A model generated the notes under the pieces. The model saw only the letters and a list, made by a program, of their open reading frames with translations, was not told the origin of the DNA and did no database searches. From a virus (Duplodnaviria; Caudoviricetes): DNA of 64,000 nucleotides. Numbering within the stretch: position 1 is the stretch's first letter; every line of letters begins with the position of its first letter. The DNA lies in IMG/VR virus record IMGVR_UViG_3300025389_001063; one strand, written 5' to 3'. A program made the translations under genes and the position numbers. Below are positions 17,872 through 32,600 of the stretch, in pieces.

Positions 17872-20003
17872 TATACAAACTTTCCTGTAAATATGATATA
17901 ATTGATAGTTACATATGGATTCATAATTTCTATCGGATTAGGATTAGGGTTACCGTGAACATCTTTAATTCCTCCAACCATGTCTCCTGTTTGTGAATTA
18001 TATGCAGCTTGCCCTGGAATATTCGGGCCATTTCCTAAAATCGAATGTGTATCTGTAGGAGGAATAGTTGTAGGACTAGGATTAATTGTATAATATTCTC
18101 CACCTTGATCACCTAAGAAAGTATGTTTATGGTTTGGTATATTAGAAATACCCAATGTTACATTTTCTACGCCGTTAATATTTCCTAGTGTAGAAGCAGA
18201 AGTTTGTATAGTGCCACTAGGTGCTTGAGTATTACTGTCAATAGGTCCTAATCTAGATTCAACAGTATCTGAATTATTCATCGTATTGCGACCTAATGCA
18301 AATTTTCCTCTTAAATCAGGTAATCTAAATGTAGCAATTCCTGATAAAGATAAAGGATCACCATATGTGTAAAGTAATACCTGAAAAAGATCTGGATAAT
18401 CGACTCTAGATTTTTCACTTCCGTCACAAAATAGATAACCAGCAGGTGGCGTTGTTCCAGCAAAAGGTAATATAGTTCCTATCGGAATTAATGCAGTATT
18501 AGTGAAAAAATTCGATCTTAACATTTTTCCTAATTGACCAGTTCCTGGACGATATATTAAAAGTTCATCAGACCCTTGTGGCGGATTAGGTAATTCTACT
18601 TTAGAATCAATAAAATCAACACTAATAGTGGTATTAAAAGTTTTTACTGCAAGACCTGTTGATGGGTCTATTGACCCATCATAAGAAAAACCAGCACTAG
18701 TAACATCTCCTGACATATTAAATGTTGTGGAGGATTTAAGATTTGTAGCAGATCCTGTTACACTTCCTGTAACATTTCCTGTTACACTTCCTGTAACATT
18801 TCCTACAAAATTTGCAGAATGTATAGAAGCAAATCTTTTACTAGAATTACCTATATTAAAAAGATTATCAATACTAGGTAAAAATATATCAGTTATTCCT
18901 GAAGAATTCCCAACATTTATAACACTATTAAATGTTGTTCCACCTTGTACATAAAGATCTTTCTGGATAGTTGCTCCACCAGATATTTGTAATGCCGATC
19001 CATTAATATCTCCGTATGTTGCTGTACTAGTAATAGAAACAATATCACTAAAAGTAGAATTACCTTTAACATCAAGTGTAGCACCTGGAGTAAAATTATT
19101 AGGTCCTATTCCTACATTTCCTGTAGAATCTGCACGAATAAGTGTAACTGTACTACCAGTACTATCTTTAATTCTAATGTCAAAAGCAGAATTAGATGTT
19201 GCATGATAGATATTTCCTATCTTTCCACTATCTACTGATATTTGTAATTGTCCAGATTCTCCTGTTGCTATACCTTGATCTGTCTTTATAGATATTGGAT
19301 AATTAGTAATATTTGATACATCTTTTCTTAAAAAATTAGATGCAGCAACTACTGATGTTCCTATAATTAAATTTTCAGCCTTTTCTGCTACTCCCCAATA
19401 TTTTGTATTACTAATATTTGTACTAATATTAATTCCAGCATTAATTGCTTTAAATCCGTCAATGGCAACTTTAGGAACAAAAGAACTTGCGCTATAAATT
19501 GTAACTACTTGGTCGTCTACATAAGTTTTAAGGATTGTATGCGAACCTGGAGTAGTTCCCGAATCTAATATTGATTCTGCTACAACACCCGATTTAAGAC
19601 CACTACTAAATGTAGGTCCTACTAAAACCCAAGAAGCACCGTTGTAAAGAAATAACTGCTGATTTACAGTGTCAACCCATAAATCACCTTCTGTTTTTGC
19701 TATAGGTGCTGTTTCTCCTTTATTAACAGATCCTGCTGGTTTCCAACTAGTTCCGTCATATACTTTGAGATTATCTATTCCTATTGTTGAATCATACCAA
19801 AGTTGTCCTTGGACTGGATTAGAAGGAGATGATGAGTTGGAAAAATTTTCAAGTAAGTGAAGGAAATCTTCTGCTATGGTAACAGCATATCCTCTTTGAT
19901 TTCTTCCCGGTATAGATAAACTTGTGTCAGTATTAACTGTACTATCATTTACAGTAATAGGCTGTTTATTCTGAGAATCAGTAAAATTAATTGTATAACT
20001 CAT
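17871..20003 (-). CDS. Short-tail-fibre-like protein with phage tail-collar domain
   Basis: IPIGTILPFAGTTPPAGYLFCDGS...YPDLF..L...FRLPDLRGKF (tail collar); same N-terminal module. Confidence 0.8.
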   Translation of the reverse strand: MSYTINFTDSQNKQPITVNDSTVNTDTSLSIPGRNQRGYAVTIAEDFLHLLENFSNSSSPSNPVQGQLWYDSTIGIDNLKVYDGTSWKPAGSVNKGETAPIAKTEGDLWVDTVNQQLFLYNGASWVLVGPTFSSGLKSGVVAESILDSGTTPGSHTILKTYVDDQVVTIYSASSFVPKVAIDGFKAINAGINISTNISNTKYWGVAEKAENLIIGTSVVAASNFLRKDVSNITNYPISIKTDQGIATGESGQLQISVDSGKIGNIYHATSNSAFDIRIKDSTGSTVTLIRADSTGNVGIGPNNFTPGATLDVKGNSTFSDIVSITSTATYGDINGSALQISGGATIQKDLYVQGGTTFNSVINVGNSSGITDIFLPSIDNLFNIGNSSKRFASIHSANFVGNVTGSVTGNVTGSVTGSATNLKSSTTFNMSGDVTSAGFSYDGSIDPSTGLAVKTFNTTISVDFIDSKVELPNPPQGSDELLIYRPGTGQLGKMLRSNFFTNTALIPIGTILPFAGTTPPAGYLFCDGSEKSRVDYPDLFQVLLYTYGDPLSLSGIATFRLPDLRGKFALGRNTMNNSDTVESRLGPIDSNTQAPSGTIQTSASTLGNINGVENVTLGISNIPNHKHTFLGDQGGEYYTINPSPTTIPPTDTHSILGNGPNIPGQAAYNSQTGDMVGGIKDVHGNPNPNPIEIMNPYVTINYIIFTGKFV

Positions 20004-20674
20004 CCGTTAAACCCCGATAAACTTTGTATTCTCACTGTATAATCTATCTGTATTAATCTGTTCAAACTTTTTTGAACAGGATGAAAGATAACATGAGTTA
20101 ATAATTTTCCTTCGTAATTAGTAGCATTAGGATCATATCCTCTTAATCCTAACTCATCAAAAACATATTCGCTTGTAGCACTTGCTACGTTATCAAATGC
20201 TTCTTGTCCTGCAGGCTCACCATAATCTAATAAACAAGAAACAAGAATATCTGTATAACTAGTACCAGTTATATGACGAGTTTGGAGGTAATTTCTTGTA
20301 GGATCAGTGTTAGCAGAACTATTAGAATCAACTACTTTTTTATAAGTTTCATTATATAATGAACTGTTTATACCTACTGTATTAGGAGTTAAATAGGTGA
20401 TAATTCCTGTAGGATCAACTTCAGTTCCTCCATTACCAAACGCCATTTGATAAATGGTTCCAACTCCAGAATTAGCCAAGCTTTCTGCTAATGCTATACT
20501 CATATTTTCATAATGAATAGCGTTTCTTTTATTAACAAAAATCTCTCCAGATTGTGGATCAAAAATTTTAATATGTCCTTCTATATGAAAGGGCCCTTTT
20601 TCGTCTGGCTGTTTAGTAGTCATTTCTTTGTCCTGTATTATAGTTTCTTTGGTTTTTTTAATATCTTTTTCCAT
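20000..20674 (-). CDS. Baseplate structural protein (position equivalent to T4 gp8)
   Basis: Directly downstream of the giant wedge gene; GHIKI.D...KRNAIH...FDELGL...THVIFHPVQKS.NR. Confidence 0.5.
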   Translation of the reverse strand: MEKDIKKTKETIIQDKEMTTKQPDEKGPFHIEGHIKIFDPQSGEIFVNKRNAIHYENMSIALAESLANSGVGTIYQMAFGNGGTEVDPTGIITYLTPNTVGINSSLYNETYKKVVDSNSSANTDPTRNYLQTRHITGTSYTDILVSCLLDYGEPAGQEAFDNVASATSEYVFDELGLRGYDPNATNYEGKLLTHVIFHPVQKSLNRLIQIDYTVRIQSLSGFNG

Positions 20675-20690
20675 AATAAACTCACTTTAT

Positions 20691-23600
20691 TTATTTAGGT
20701 AAAATCGCTGGTCTTGCTGTTAAGAACTGAGCAATATCTGTTTGACTATATACTAGAGGCACCGATTCCCCTCGTTTTTTCCAAATTCTACCAGTTTTAT
20801 AGATTATAATTACCAATTCTCCAGCAGCAGGTGGAGTAGAGAGTTTAATAGTATTATCAATTCCGCTTACTGCAAATTCTGCTTGTAAAGTTATATCTCC
20901 AGTACCTTGATAACTATCAATAGATTTTGTATAGTTATGTACTATGTATGGATTTTTAATTAATCTTCTTCCTCCAACATAAACTTCAATTTGATCACAT
21001 TGACCGTAACTTACAGGAATTCCGCTACTAATAACTAATCCTGGATGACTACCTGAATTAGTTGGCGTCGTTGCTGTGGCAATGAACGTTAATCCAGGTA
21101 CAGGAGTAGTTCCAGTTGGAACACCAACTTGTGACCAATTAGTAAGACCAATATCTGTAATAGTATATTGCTGACCTACAACAAGATTTGCAGGAGAAAC
21201 TACATTTATTGTGTCTCTATACCAATCAGTATCTAATATAGGTAAATTATAAGGTACCCAATAATTTGTATCAGTAATATCTATAGAAGTTTGAACATCT
21301 TTTATTGCTTGATAATAAATTCCATTATTCCAAACTATTGTACCCTTTGAATATGTTTGAGCAGTATACCATCTTTTTGTATGATTTATGTACCAATTAA
21401 TATCAATGACTTGTGCATATTCTTGCCAGAAACTAGATTGATTAGATAATGCATTAGATGGAATAGTGTTTAAAATTACATTTTGTGTAATTGCTGTTAA
21501 AACCAATTGTTTACCATCTTGCTGATCTGTAATTGTAAATTCAGTGTCTGATAAAATAGAATATACATAATAAATTTGTCCAGCATTTACATTTCCAAAT
21601 TTTGATCCAAATATAATACTTGTACCTACAGACAATGTTGCTGTACTCGAACATATAACAATATTTGTTTTTGTTGTAGAACCTGTAACAACAATAGTTG
21701 GATAAATTGCTGTGTAATAAATTCCATTATATACTACAATATCACCATTACTATAGGAGAGTGTATAATCATAATTTCCTATATATTTGAATCCTTTTTT
21801 ACTAAACCATTTAACTAACGAAGAATTCTTTGGAGTAAAATCAAGATTAAAAATAGTTGTATGATTGTCACCAAAATAAGTTATTTTATCTTCTTGATCT
21901 GAATAAGGAACTGTTTGATCTTGTCCAACATCAGAAACTTCAGTGCCAATTGAATAATAATTTTTTGCGCCAGTTCCTAATGTTGCTCTTCTTAATTGAC
22001 TTAATGTATTATTTTTCATTGAAAAATATTCAATACGCTCGCCTTCAATTTCAATAACTCCCGGAAGATTTTTATTAGGTGTTGGTAATTGAAGTTTAGT
22101 TGTATCATTAACTACAATTTGAGTATCTAAATACATAAAATCTTGTTTAAGATATGTAGAAGAACTGCTATCAATTCTTTTATAGATAGTTCTATTAAGC
22201 ATATCTTTAAAAATTTTAAAACCAAAACTAGGTCTAACAGTTCGATCATTAACTGTTAAAATTTCAATATATCCACTACTATTTAAAATATCAGGTAACA
22301 ATACTTTAACCTGACTTAAATTATCTAGAATTACATAATCAACGTTAGGTATTAGTAAACGTCTATTTAAAGAAACTAAACAACTTGATTTTGAAGAAAC
22401 AAGTCTAGGTAAATCAAATATACCACTAGTATTAACTGAAGAACTTAAAATATCATATTGCGTGAATTCGTATTGCAATACATCATATCCTGTAGTAAAT
22501 TTAAATCCATAACTACTTCTTCTAAATTTAACTATATCATGATTAGTAAATGTATTAACAACTATAAGAATCTGATTTTGTATTTGAAAATTTGTTTTAT
22601 TGAAAATCAATTGATCTCCAATAACTTTATAATCAGATAATTTTGTTATTTCTACAATAATTTCGTCTCCAGTTTTAGCAACACCTGGTGTTAAATTAAC
22701 TAAAACCTGATTACTATCTAAATAATAATCTCTCACTGGCACTAATTGTACACCGTTAAGATATAAACTTATATCATCAGCTACTAATGAGTTTGGTGGG
22801 AATCGAACTTCTTGTATATCAAGTATATCGATTCCTTCATAGGTAAAATACTTGTAAGCAGGTGCTTGCACGAACTCATTAACAACTGTTTGTGATCCAT
22901 CTGGACTAATTTTAATACTATCAACTAAAACAAAAATTGAAGCACTTAGAGGTTCTGCGTTAGCAGGAACTCTATTTAAGGTATATTGATATTGTCCGGG
23001 AACAATAGGAATAGTATCAGCAAAGACTCTACTAAATTTTTGCACTAATCCATTGAATATCATAATAACAATTTTGTCACCGTTTCCTGGTGCTTTTTCA
23101 AACTCAATAACCACATCACCCGGAACTCCGTATTCTGCTATTGTACTATTTTTAACAGTTATACTGTTTCTATAGGATGATGCTTGTACTTGTATAATAT
23201 ATTTTGTTGTTGAATCAAGTGTTGGTGATATTGTTTGTGCATACGTATCCCATCCTGCTCCTTTTACTAACATTACACCTGAACTTTGAGATAATAAAAT
23301 TGGTGGTCCATTTAAAGTTAAAGATATTGAAAATGTTGTGCTTGTAAAATTATCAGATGTTACATAGTAAACTGTATTATTGTTTACTCCAGCAAAACTT
23401 GGACCAAGAGCCGACTTACTAATTATTATAGGCATTCCTATTGAAAGTGTTGCTGTACTATCAACTATAAATTTGATATTATCACACTGTACTACAGGAA
23501 ACCAAATAAAGGATTCTTTAACTACTAAAGCTATTTTACTTTTTGGATCATAATATTCTATAAGACCAAACTGTTCTATACCTGTTCCATCAACAATCGA

Positions 23601-26600
23601 TATAAATGCTCCAGGTGCATCAGTTGGACTATAACTACTTGAATAATCTGTACTAGATGAAATATCAGAATCTGATAATATTATGCTTACTGTATCACCA
23701 CCTTGTGCATAATTTGTATTAAGTATTTCATAACCCAAATATTCTCCATTTAGTATTACTAAAGGTGTTACATTTCCATTATTATAACGTGCAGAAGTTA
23801 AAAATTCTTTTGTACTTCCGTCACCTATAAATGAAACTTGATCTGCAATATCATATCCAGCAGTATCAACGCTAGTTATAGCAATTTGTGCTCCTAAATC
23901 GGGAATATATGGATGATATTGTCCCGTTGTAAAATCGTAACTAAGAATTGTAATTTTATTTTCTTTATAATCAACTGCAAGATCGATTGCTCTATTACCT
24001 ACAGTAACAAGAGCACCTTCTCGTGTTTTTGGCATTAAGGAAGATGGTAAAGTAAACGAACTGTTTACACCGTCACCTAAGAAATTATGTACAATAACAT
24101 TAGGACCACCAGATGAAGGAGTATGATAAACATTAATTTCTAATGTATCAACTACTTGGCCTTGAACTAATTCTTCAGGACCGTAACTAGTATCAGAAGT
24201 AACAAATCCGTCACCGTCGATAATAATTTCTTCAGCAGATACACCGGATGCTGTAGTATATGCTAAGTCGCCGCCATCAACTAAAGAATCAATTAAAGTT
24301 AAATCTGCGGGCAATATTGCTCCATCACTTGTACTTTTACGGAAAGTAATTGTATCATTAGAAGTAAATGCATGTGGTAAAGTAATTTGATTTTTGATTC
24401 CATCTCCAACAAATGTATCCATGATAGTATTTTTTGGAGAACTTGTTAGACCATTCGGTTGTACTGTGCTACCATCATAGTGAGAATAATAAAGATCATC
24501 AACTCGTATTCCATTGACATAGATATTAATTATTTCTCCATTTTTTGGAACATAAGGCAACGTAAATATTACTGTTGAATGATCTGGTATAACAACAAAA
24601 TCATCAGTAGAATTAATAACGTTATCCCATGATGTTGAATCCCAAGGTATTACATCCCAACCACCTCCAACATTAAAGTCGATGCTAGTTAGTTGAACTC
24701 CACTATAATCAACTCCGGTCATTAATAAACCTAATTCATTACCGAGCATTCCTTCTGTTGGAGAATATCCATAATTAATTCTATCTGCTGAATCAAAAAG
24801 TTGAATATTCTTTTTATAAGAAATTGTAATATTGTTAACACCGTATGAAGGTGCTGTTTTAAATACAACATAACCTTCTAATGCAGAATATGTATCATGT
24901 AAATTCTGTACAATTGATATGCTATATAAAGATCCATATATTTCAATATTATTAACTAAAATATTAAAATTAACTTTCTTTGGATCAGGTGCAAAAGTTA
25001 ATTTAAATGATTTAAGACTTCCTGTTCCAGAAAATGTATCTGTATAATAAAAATCTTGTATTGTATAATTAGGTGAGATTCTATCATATTTGATACCTAT
25101 TTTAGTTGTTCTAACCTGATTATTACCTATTATTGCAACTGCTTTTGCTATTGGATCACCTTTAGCATTTCCGCCACTAATGAATATTGTCGGTGCGTAT
25201 GTATATCCAGTTCCTGGATTATCTATTTCAATACTAACTAATTTTCCTTTAGCAATATAAGCAGTTGCTTTAGCACCGGTACCGTCTCCTGTAATAATAA
25301 CATCAGGAATACTTTTATATCCGTCACCTTGATCATACACTTTAATTTCTATTACACCATACTTGTAATTGTCATACCAACTCTTCCAAGGGTAAGTATT
25401 GATAAATGATGATGTTAATGATCCTCTTATTATTTTTCCAACATTTGAATCATAATAAGAAAATAAATCAAAGTCTGTAGTTAACTCATATGCTGGATCT
25501 GTATAATTATAAGAGTCTAACATTTCTCTAATCTTACTCTTATATGGTTTAACTTCTTCAATATATTTTTGATAACTTGGAAGCACGTCACTTTGATAAG
25601 TTATTCTTTGTTTTAATGTTCCTGCATTATGATTAATTTTTAAGAAACTAGTTTTAAAGACCCAATCAACATATAGTTGTTCATGTAATGAATAATTTAC
25701 ACTATTAAAAAATGTACTAATATATTCAACTCTTAATTCATTAATTAAAATATTATCTCTTATTGATTCTAGAATAATTCTTAATTCAATGCTAGGTCCT
25801 TGATCGTAGAGACTGTTATCATAACTATAAATTGTATCAAACCCTAAATCACTATTAAGATTATAGAGTTTATCTGAGAATTGTATAGTTCCGTTTTGTT
25901 TTCCAACAACTTCGTATACTTGTGTATAATCTGGATTTTCTGTAGAAGATACCCTCTGAAGAAGCAACCAGTTATTACTTACATTAGTTACTTTAACTAA
26001 ATCTCCCACCGATGATTGTAATCCTTCAAGATTAACAGTTCTATCTACTTGAAACTTTATATTTGATTCTGAACTGTATCCTTTAGCATACCAATCAGCA
26101 TAATTCCAATAACGCTGAACGTTCCATCCTTGTGTTTTAATTCTTCTCCAATAATAAGTTCCTATATTTCCTGTATTACTAAACCAATCATGTAATGTCC
26201 ATCCGCCTAATGCATCTGAATCAGACCTTATTAAAACTGTATAATTTCTTACATAAATTTTAGTAGAATATGTGTCATAATCATGACCTCTTTTTATAAC
26301 AGTAGCCGCAGAAACAGATCCATTACTATCTAATATTAATTTTATTTTTGCTCCTGTACCTACACCTAAAATTTGTACGGCAGGAGCAACCTTATATCCA
26401 TAACCAGAATCAACAATTGTAACTCTAATAATTTGTCCGTCTTTAATAACAGGAGATAAAACTGCTGCTCTAAGTTTTGCTGTTCCAATAAATCTTAGAT
26501 CATCAAGTATATCAACAATTTGATCAATTTTTCCAGAATTTAGATCAGGTTCTAGATCAGATTTAAGTAAATTCACAAAATTAATTTTGTCTGCAATTTG

Positions 26601-29600
26601 ATTTTGAAGTAAAATAGAATTTACATATTCAAAATATTGTTTTAATGCTTCATAGCGATTAACAAACCATGTTTGTCTAGGTTCATTACTTGCACCATAT
26701 CTTTGAAATTTAGATAATCTAGTATCAGGAACTGATCCTCCATTAACATTAGTTCCACAAAGACTATCAATCCATTTTGTTTCAATTACTGTAGGAATAA
26801 TTGCAAAAGGATCTCCTTCTGCAATCAAAGCATATTCTCTATGAACTATTAAATCTGTATTATCTATTTCATAAAATTGTAAATTAAGATTTACATCTCT
26901 ATGATATATGTCTGGTTTAACATTTACTAATGAAAAACTATTTGATCCTGTTATTGCAATAAATTTATACCCTTCAGCACTTGGATCAAGTATTAATCTA
27001 GCAACATCATATACAGACATACTTCTAAAATGTACATTAGGAATTGTAACTTTATTTTTAACCCAATAATAATAATATGTTGTTAAAACTCCTGATATAG
27101 GATCATATTTTTGTTTAGTACTATAAGTTAAATCACCTGTATATGCAGGAACTCCACTAAATCCATTTGCTAAAGAATTAGTGCCACTTGTAGCAGCGAC
27201 CCATTGGCTAGGTAAAAGGGTAGTTTCTGTCCATTCGTAAACATCAATAGTAGATCCAGGAAATACTGTATTCCAATAAGTGTTTCTAAAACTACTATCT
27301 CCTTGCTCATACCAAATCCATTTTACTGTAGAAAGATCCCACCAAACTTCACCAATATGATCATCTCTCCACGGCGATGATTTATCTACTAATGTTTGAG
27401 AATAATTTGTATAATCATATGATGCGGGATCTCTCATAGTTTGATATGTGATTTCTTGATTTGCAGGTCCTGCTATGTAACCTTTAAGAGGATCAATAAA
27501 ATCTAATTCTTCAATTAAAACATTTTTATTTGTATTATAGATAAATGCTTTTTTAAATTTACTAACATCTACAACATTAGATCCAGATGCTATAACTTTC
27601 CAACTTGGAGTATTATAATCAAATATATATGTTGATCCAGAATGCACCCCATTAACACTATGATTAGGTGCACCTATTACTAAACAATCATTAGATATTG
27701 CTAATGCTAATCCAAAATTATCAGCAGTTACTAAAGTATCTAGAGGTGTTATATAATCAGCATAAACAAATTTATTGTCAAAACTATTATATGCATATAC
27801 TGATCCAGTATAAGGTGTGCTATCATAAAACCCAGTTGCTCCTTGATCAAATGATGTTGATACTAATGCTAAAGAACTATTGGGATCGAGGGTATAATTT
27901 CTTGTTGAATCATAATTAAAAACTAATCTATCAATGTGTACGTCAAACGTGGTATTAAGAGTAACATTACCGCCTGCTGACGATACGACTAAGATGCTTT
28001 GATCTGAATTTGTGTCTATCTTTATTCCAAATCTTTCATTTTGAATTTTTAACGGAGGATAGATTAATTGTGTTACTGTAAACGGAGGAATTACTCCCTC
28101 TGTATACTCAAATTTATAGATAATTCCAGAATTTATATATTCTACGTCATTATTAGGTGAAGAAACAAAAAGGTCAGATCCTTTCATTGATATAGAATAA
28201 CCAAAATTATCGCTATCATTAATCAATGCACTTGTTCCTACACTATTAATTCCAGGTATATTTTCAATAGTATATTTGTCAATAACTTGAATTAACGAGA
28301 ATATTGTCGATGTTTTTTCAAATATGTAAATTGCACCACCGTTAATGAAAGGTGCAGAAACTATAACAAAATTGTTATAAACTTGTAAATCATATCCATA
28401 AAGATCTCCAACCCCCGGAACATACGGAGAAGGAAATACACCATCATTTATGTAGTTGAAATTAAGGAACTGCTGATCTAAATTATAATTCCAAGCACCT
28501 GTACTATCTCTTCTAAATACTTGTACTGAACCTGATTGCAAATATTGTTCACTACTTACATACAACCAATATTCGGATCCTACCTTTGATATCTTAACTT
28601 TAGTACCAAATCTTTCATTTGCTATAGGATTATAAGAGCAAATAATTTGTTCTCTTGCAATATAAGCGCCATTTGTGACTGTCATTGATCCGCTTCCAGA
28701 AGTTAATGGAAGAACAGAACCACCAGATGTTAAAGAAATATTAAATTGAGTTTCATTTGAGATCGAACTTACATAATAAATTGTACTTGTGTCAATACCA
28801 CCAAATGTTGTTCCTATAAATTTAATAAGTTGTCCAACTGTTAAATTTGATGTACTATCACAAGTTAAGTAATAATTAGGAGATGTACCTATTATAGAGG
28901 TTACAGTAGATAATGTCTTTTCGTAAACATAACTATCTCTATTAAATTGTCTTTGATCTATATTATAATTATAAACAAAAACTGCACCTTGTTTGTTTAA
29001 ACCACTTATATATGATTCTTCAGATACTTCAAAAACTTGTGATAATAGTTGCCATCCTGAAAAAACAGAATTTTGAAACACACTATTACCACCATCAATT
29101 GTTGCTTGAGGATAAGATTCTGAAGATCCGCCATCAATTTCAAAATTGTGAGAAGAATCTGTAATTTTTGAAAATGTACCGTCAACATCGGGATTAATTT
29201 TTATCCATAACTGATTATTGTATCTAACAACATCTCCGGTATTATAGATTCCGTTTACACTAAAATCTCCAGTAAAATGACTTTTAATATTACTAAGATC
29301 TGGAGCACTAATAACTAGTACCATACCGTCCGAAGAAATATCTATACTTGTTCCAAATTTTTCTGTTCCTGAAAGAACATTAAAATCTGTAGGCATTGAA
29401 ATAGATTGTAGGAACACCCAATCTGTAGTATTATTCGGTCTTGTATAAACTATTACAGTACCATTTTGGTAACCTATGTAACTAACAAACAAAAATTTAT
29501 TGTCTTGACTTATTTTAATTTCATGACCACTTAATACATTATCTTTTCTTAGAAAAATAGGAATTGTCAAAGTGCTAGATTTAAAGACTTTAGAATTTTC

Positions 29601-32600
29601 TAAAACTTTCCATTCATTTAGACTATCTTGATCAATCCAAATTTTTTCTCCGCTAATCTGTAAATTGTTAAAAAGACTATTATCTATCGATTCTGGGTTT
29701 TTATAACGTACAGATTCAAATTTAAATAGAACTCCATGCGTACTATCGCTTACAAGATTGTTGACTAATAAATTATTACTTGTAAACACTTGTATAAAAT
29801 GAGCGTATATAGATATAACTTTATATACACCATTAATTAAATCTATATTTTTTACAACTATAATATCACCAACCGATAACATCGGAACAAAACTAAGATA
29901 TAAGTTTAATAAGTTACCCTGTCTTTCCCAACTAGTGATAAAAGACTTAGTATCATAATAACCCATAACGTTCCAATCACCGTTAGGGGTATTTCCGATC
30001 CAAATTTTATCTTTGTTTTTTAATAAAGTATGATTATAATTTAATAAACTAGGTTCATCATAAAGAATTAAATCTACATCGTTTGGATTAACATATCCTG
30101 CAACTCTATATTTGAATACTCCATAATTTTTTTGATTGAAATCTAAAGAGGTAGTTACAAAAGGATTTGCGTCATAGGTGTTATATTTTTTAACAACATC
30201 ACTTATTGTAAGATTGTAGATAGACAAATCACTAAGATTTTTAGATCCTAAAGATAACACAATATCTTGAGGATTATGTAGGAATTTAGTTTCATCAAGA
30301 ATGAATTCTAGTTCAGTATATGCATCCGATGCTCCAAAATCAGCAACTTTAAATGCCCATTCTTCTTTAAGATCTAATGTACTATATCCGCTAGAACGTA
30401 GTGCATCAAATAATTTTGTAACACTGTTAAGTGTTCCTTTTTCTTTAATATAACCTTGGTAGAACTTGTATTGAGATACATCATCAACAATAATATCTTC
30501 GAGATATTGTCTCTTTTGATAACCTACTAAATGTCTTGCTAAATTAACCTGACTTTCATCAAAATTACTAGATTCTAAACTATAAAAATCTCTAAATTGC
30601 TCTATTCTATAATCTAGATTTGGTTCTAATTTTGGTGTTGGTTTACTAGATAATTTACTCCATTTTGTATAATCAAATGTTGTTGTTCCGTAAATTCTTT
30701 CAAGTGCTGTATAATAAGAATTTTTATAATTTATAACATCACCAATATTATAATCTATATTAGGTTGCCAATTTTGAACATCGGCATTGTCATACATAAA
30801 TCCGGGTGAATAATAACTTCCATCCCAATTATTAGTTTTAAAACCAACAAGTTTTAATCTGCCTTGTCTATATCCTGGTATAACATCGTATACAATATCT
30901 CCAAAAACAGATATATTATCAAAAATTATAACATGCTCTTGATAAACTAAAGATGTTCTTATATTGTATATGCCATCTGCTGTTTTAATTGTAGGTTGAA
31001 TAGTAAATCCATTATCTTCTCTATAGATATCTGTAAGATCAGATAATAAAGGAGACCCATCGGCTTTAAATATAGAATAACCATAAAACTCACTATTTAA
31101 TGTATCAACTGATGCTGTTATGTTTGGTGAATATTTTAAATTATTGGCAGCAGGACTTAATGTAATTACAGAGCCTGCAATCCAATTCTGCAAAGTCCAA
31201 AACATAAATTCTTTAGCACTTGTAAGCCAATTAAGTGGTAATTGTAAATCACTACTATAATCATCAAATTGGAAACCTAAGTCTCTTAATCTTTCTTGAT
31301 AACCTAAAAGAAAGTCAACTACAGATTGAATATCTGTGAATACTGTTCCATATGGAACTTTAATTGGAACATTTATAAATTTCTGTCTAACATATGCATC
31401 TCTTCCGCCCGTTATAGGTAAAGATGGTAATAATTGAAATTTCTTTGCTGCAATATCTATATCAGCAGAGGAGCTTGATGTATGACTTATTAATGTTCTA
31501 TAATAAAGACTATCAATTTTTACAAGTTGACCCGCAGTATAATATTGATTGCTAGACCACTCAATATAACTTTCAGATATTCCTCCTACATTTATTACTG
31601 GATCTTTAGATGACGTACGAGGAGGAAATATTTCAAAAACATATTTTTCGATGTCATACCCTTTAACTGAATATCCATCTGTTCTTTTTTCTATAATTAC
31701 ACCACTGTAATTTACAGTCTCAACTGGAGCACTTTTATTATAGAAAATTTTATAATTTTCATTAGGTAAAAATATAGTACCCGACGAATTAGGTGTTCTA
31801 CTATCAAGTAATATTTTAATTTTTTCTTTACTCGAAAATCCACCTAAACGATATCGTAACTTAGCATCTAATCCTCTTATTAAAGATTTATAATAATTGT
31901 AATCTATATTTGTGTTAACAAAAATATACTCATCGATGAAATTTGTCAACCCGTTGGTTATTGTTCTTGTTCCATCTGACTGTAATTCATTAGCAAAAAC
32001 TAATTCTGCCGTGTTTAATTTTTTATTTGTTATAGTTGAATAAATTTGTCCGGCTATATTTCTTTTAATAGTAAATCTATCCCACATTTTGCCAATAAAT
32101 TCTGATCCTCTTAGAACACACATAGCAATCATTACTGCAAAAGGATATTCGTTAGAACGTCTCCATGCTGTTTCAACAGGCGCTTGATCTCCAAATGTAT
32201 ACCTTCCTTGTGAATTAGATTTTGAAAAATTCTGAGATAGTCCACTCTCAAAAGGACTTATTAAGTTTCCGGCGTCGTCAACAGGAAGATAGTTTCCTAA
32301 CCCCGGACGAGCAAATTTTAAATTTATTGATCGACCTTTGGGATCATTTATGATTCCTTTTTCTATAGAATCCCACATAATTTTATTTTCACTTGTATAT
32401 GGCGCTTGACCATATATAGTTTCCCACCAAGTTGGTTTTATTGAAAATCCTTGCATTTCCCAAGGATGCGAATGTGGTCTATCTGTATCAAAGAAATATT
32501 TGTAAACACCTCTCCAATACCCGTATAAAAATTCTATACCATTTGGTGCCATAGATTTATTATAATTGTAAGTAAATGGATCACCATCAATCCATTGATA

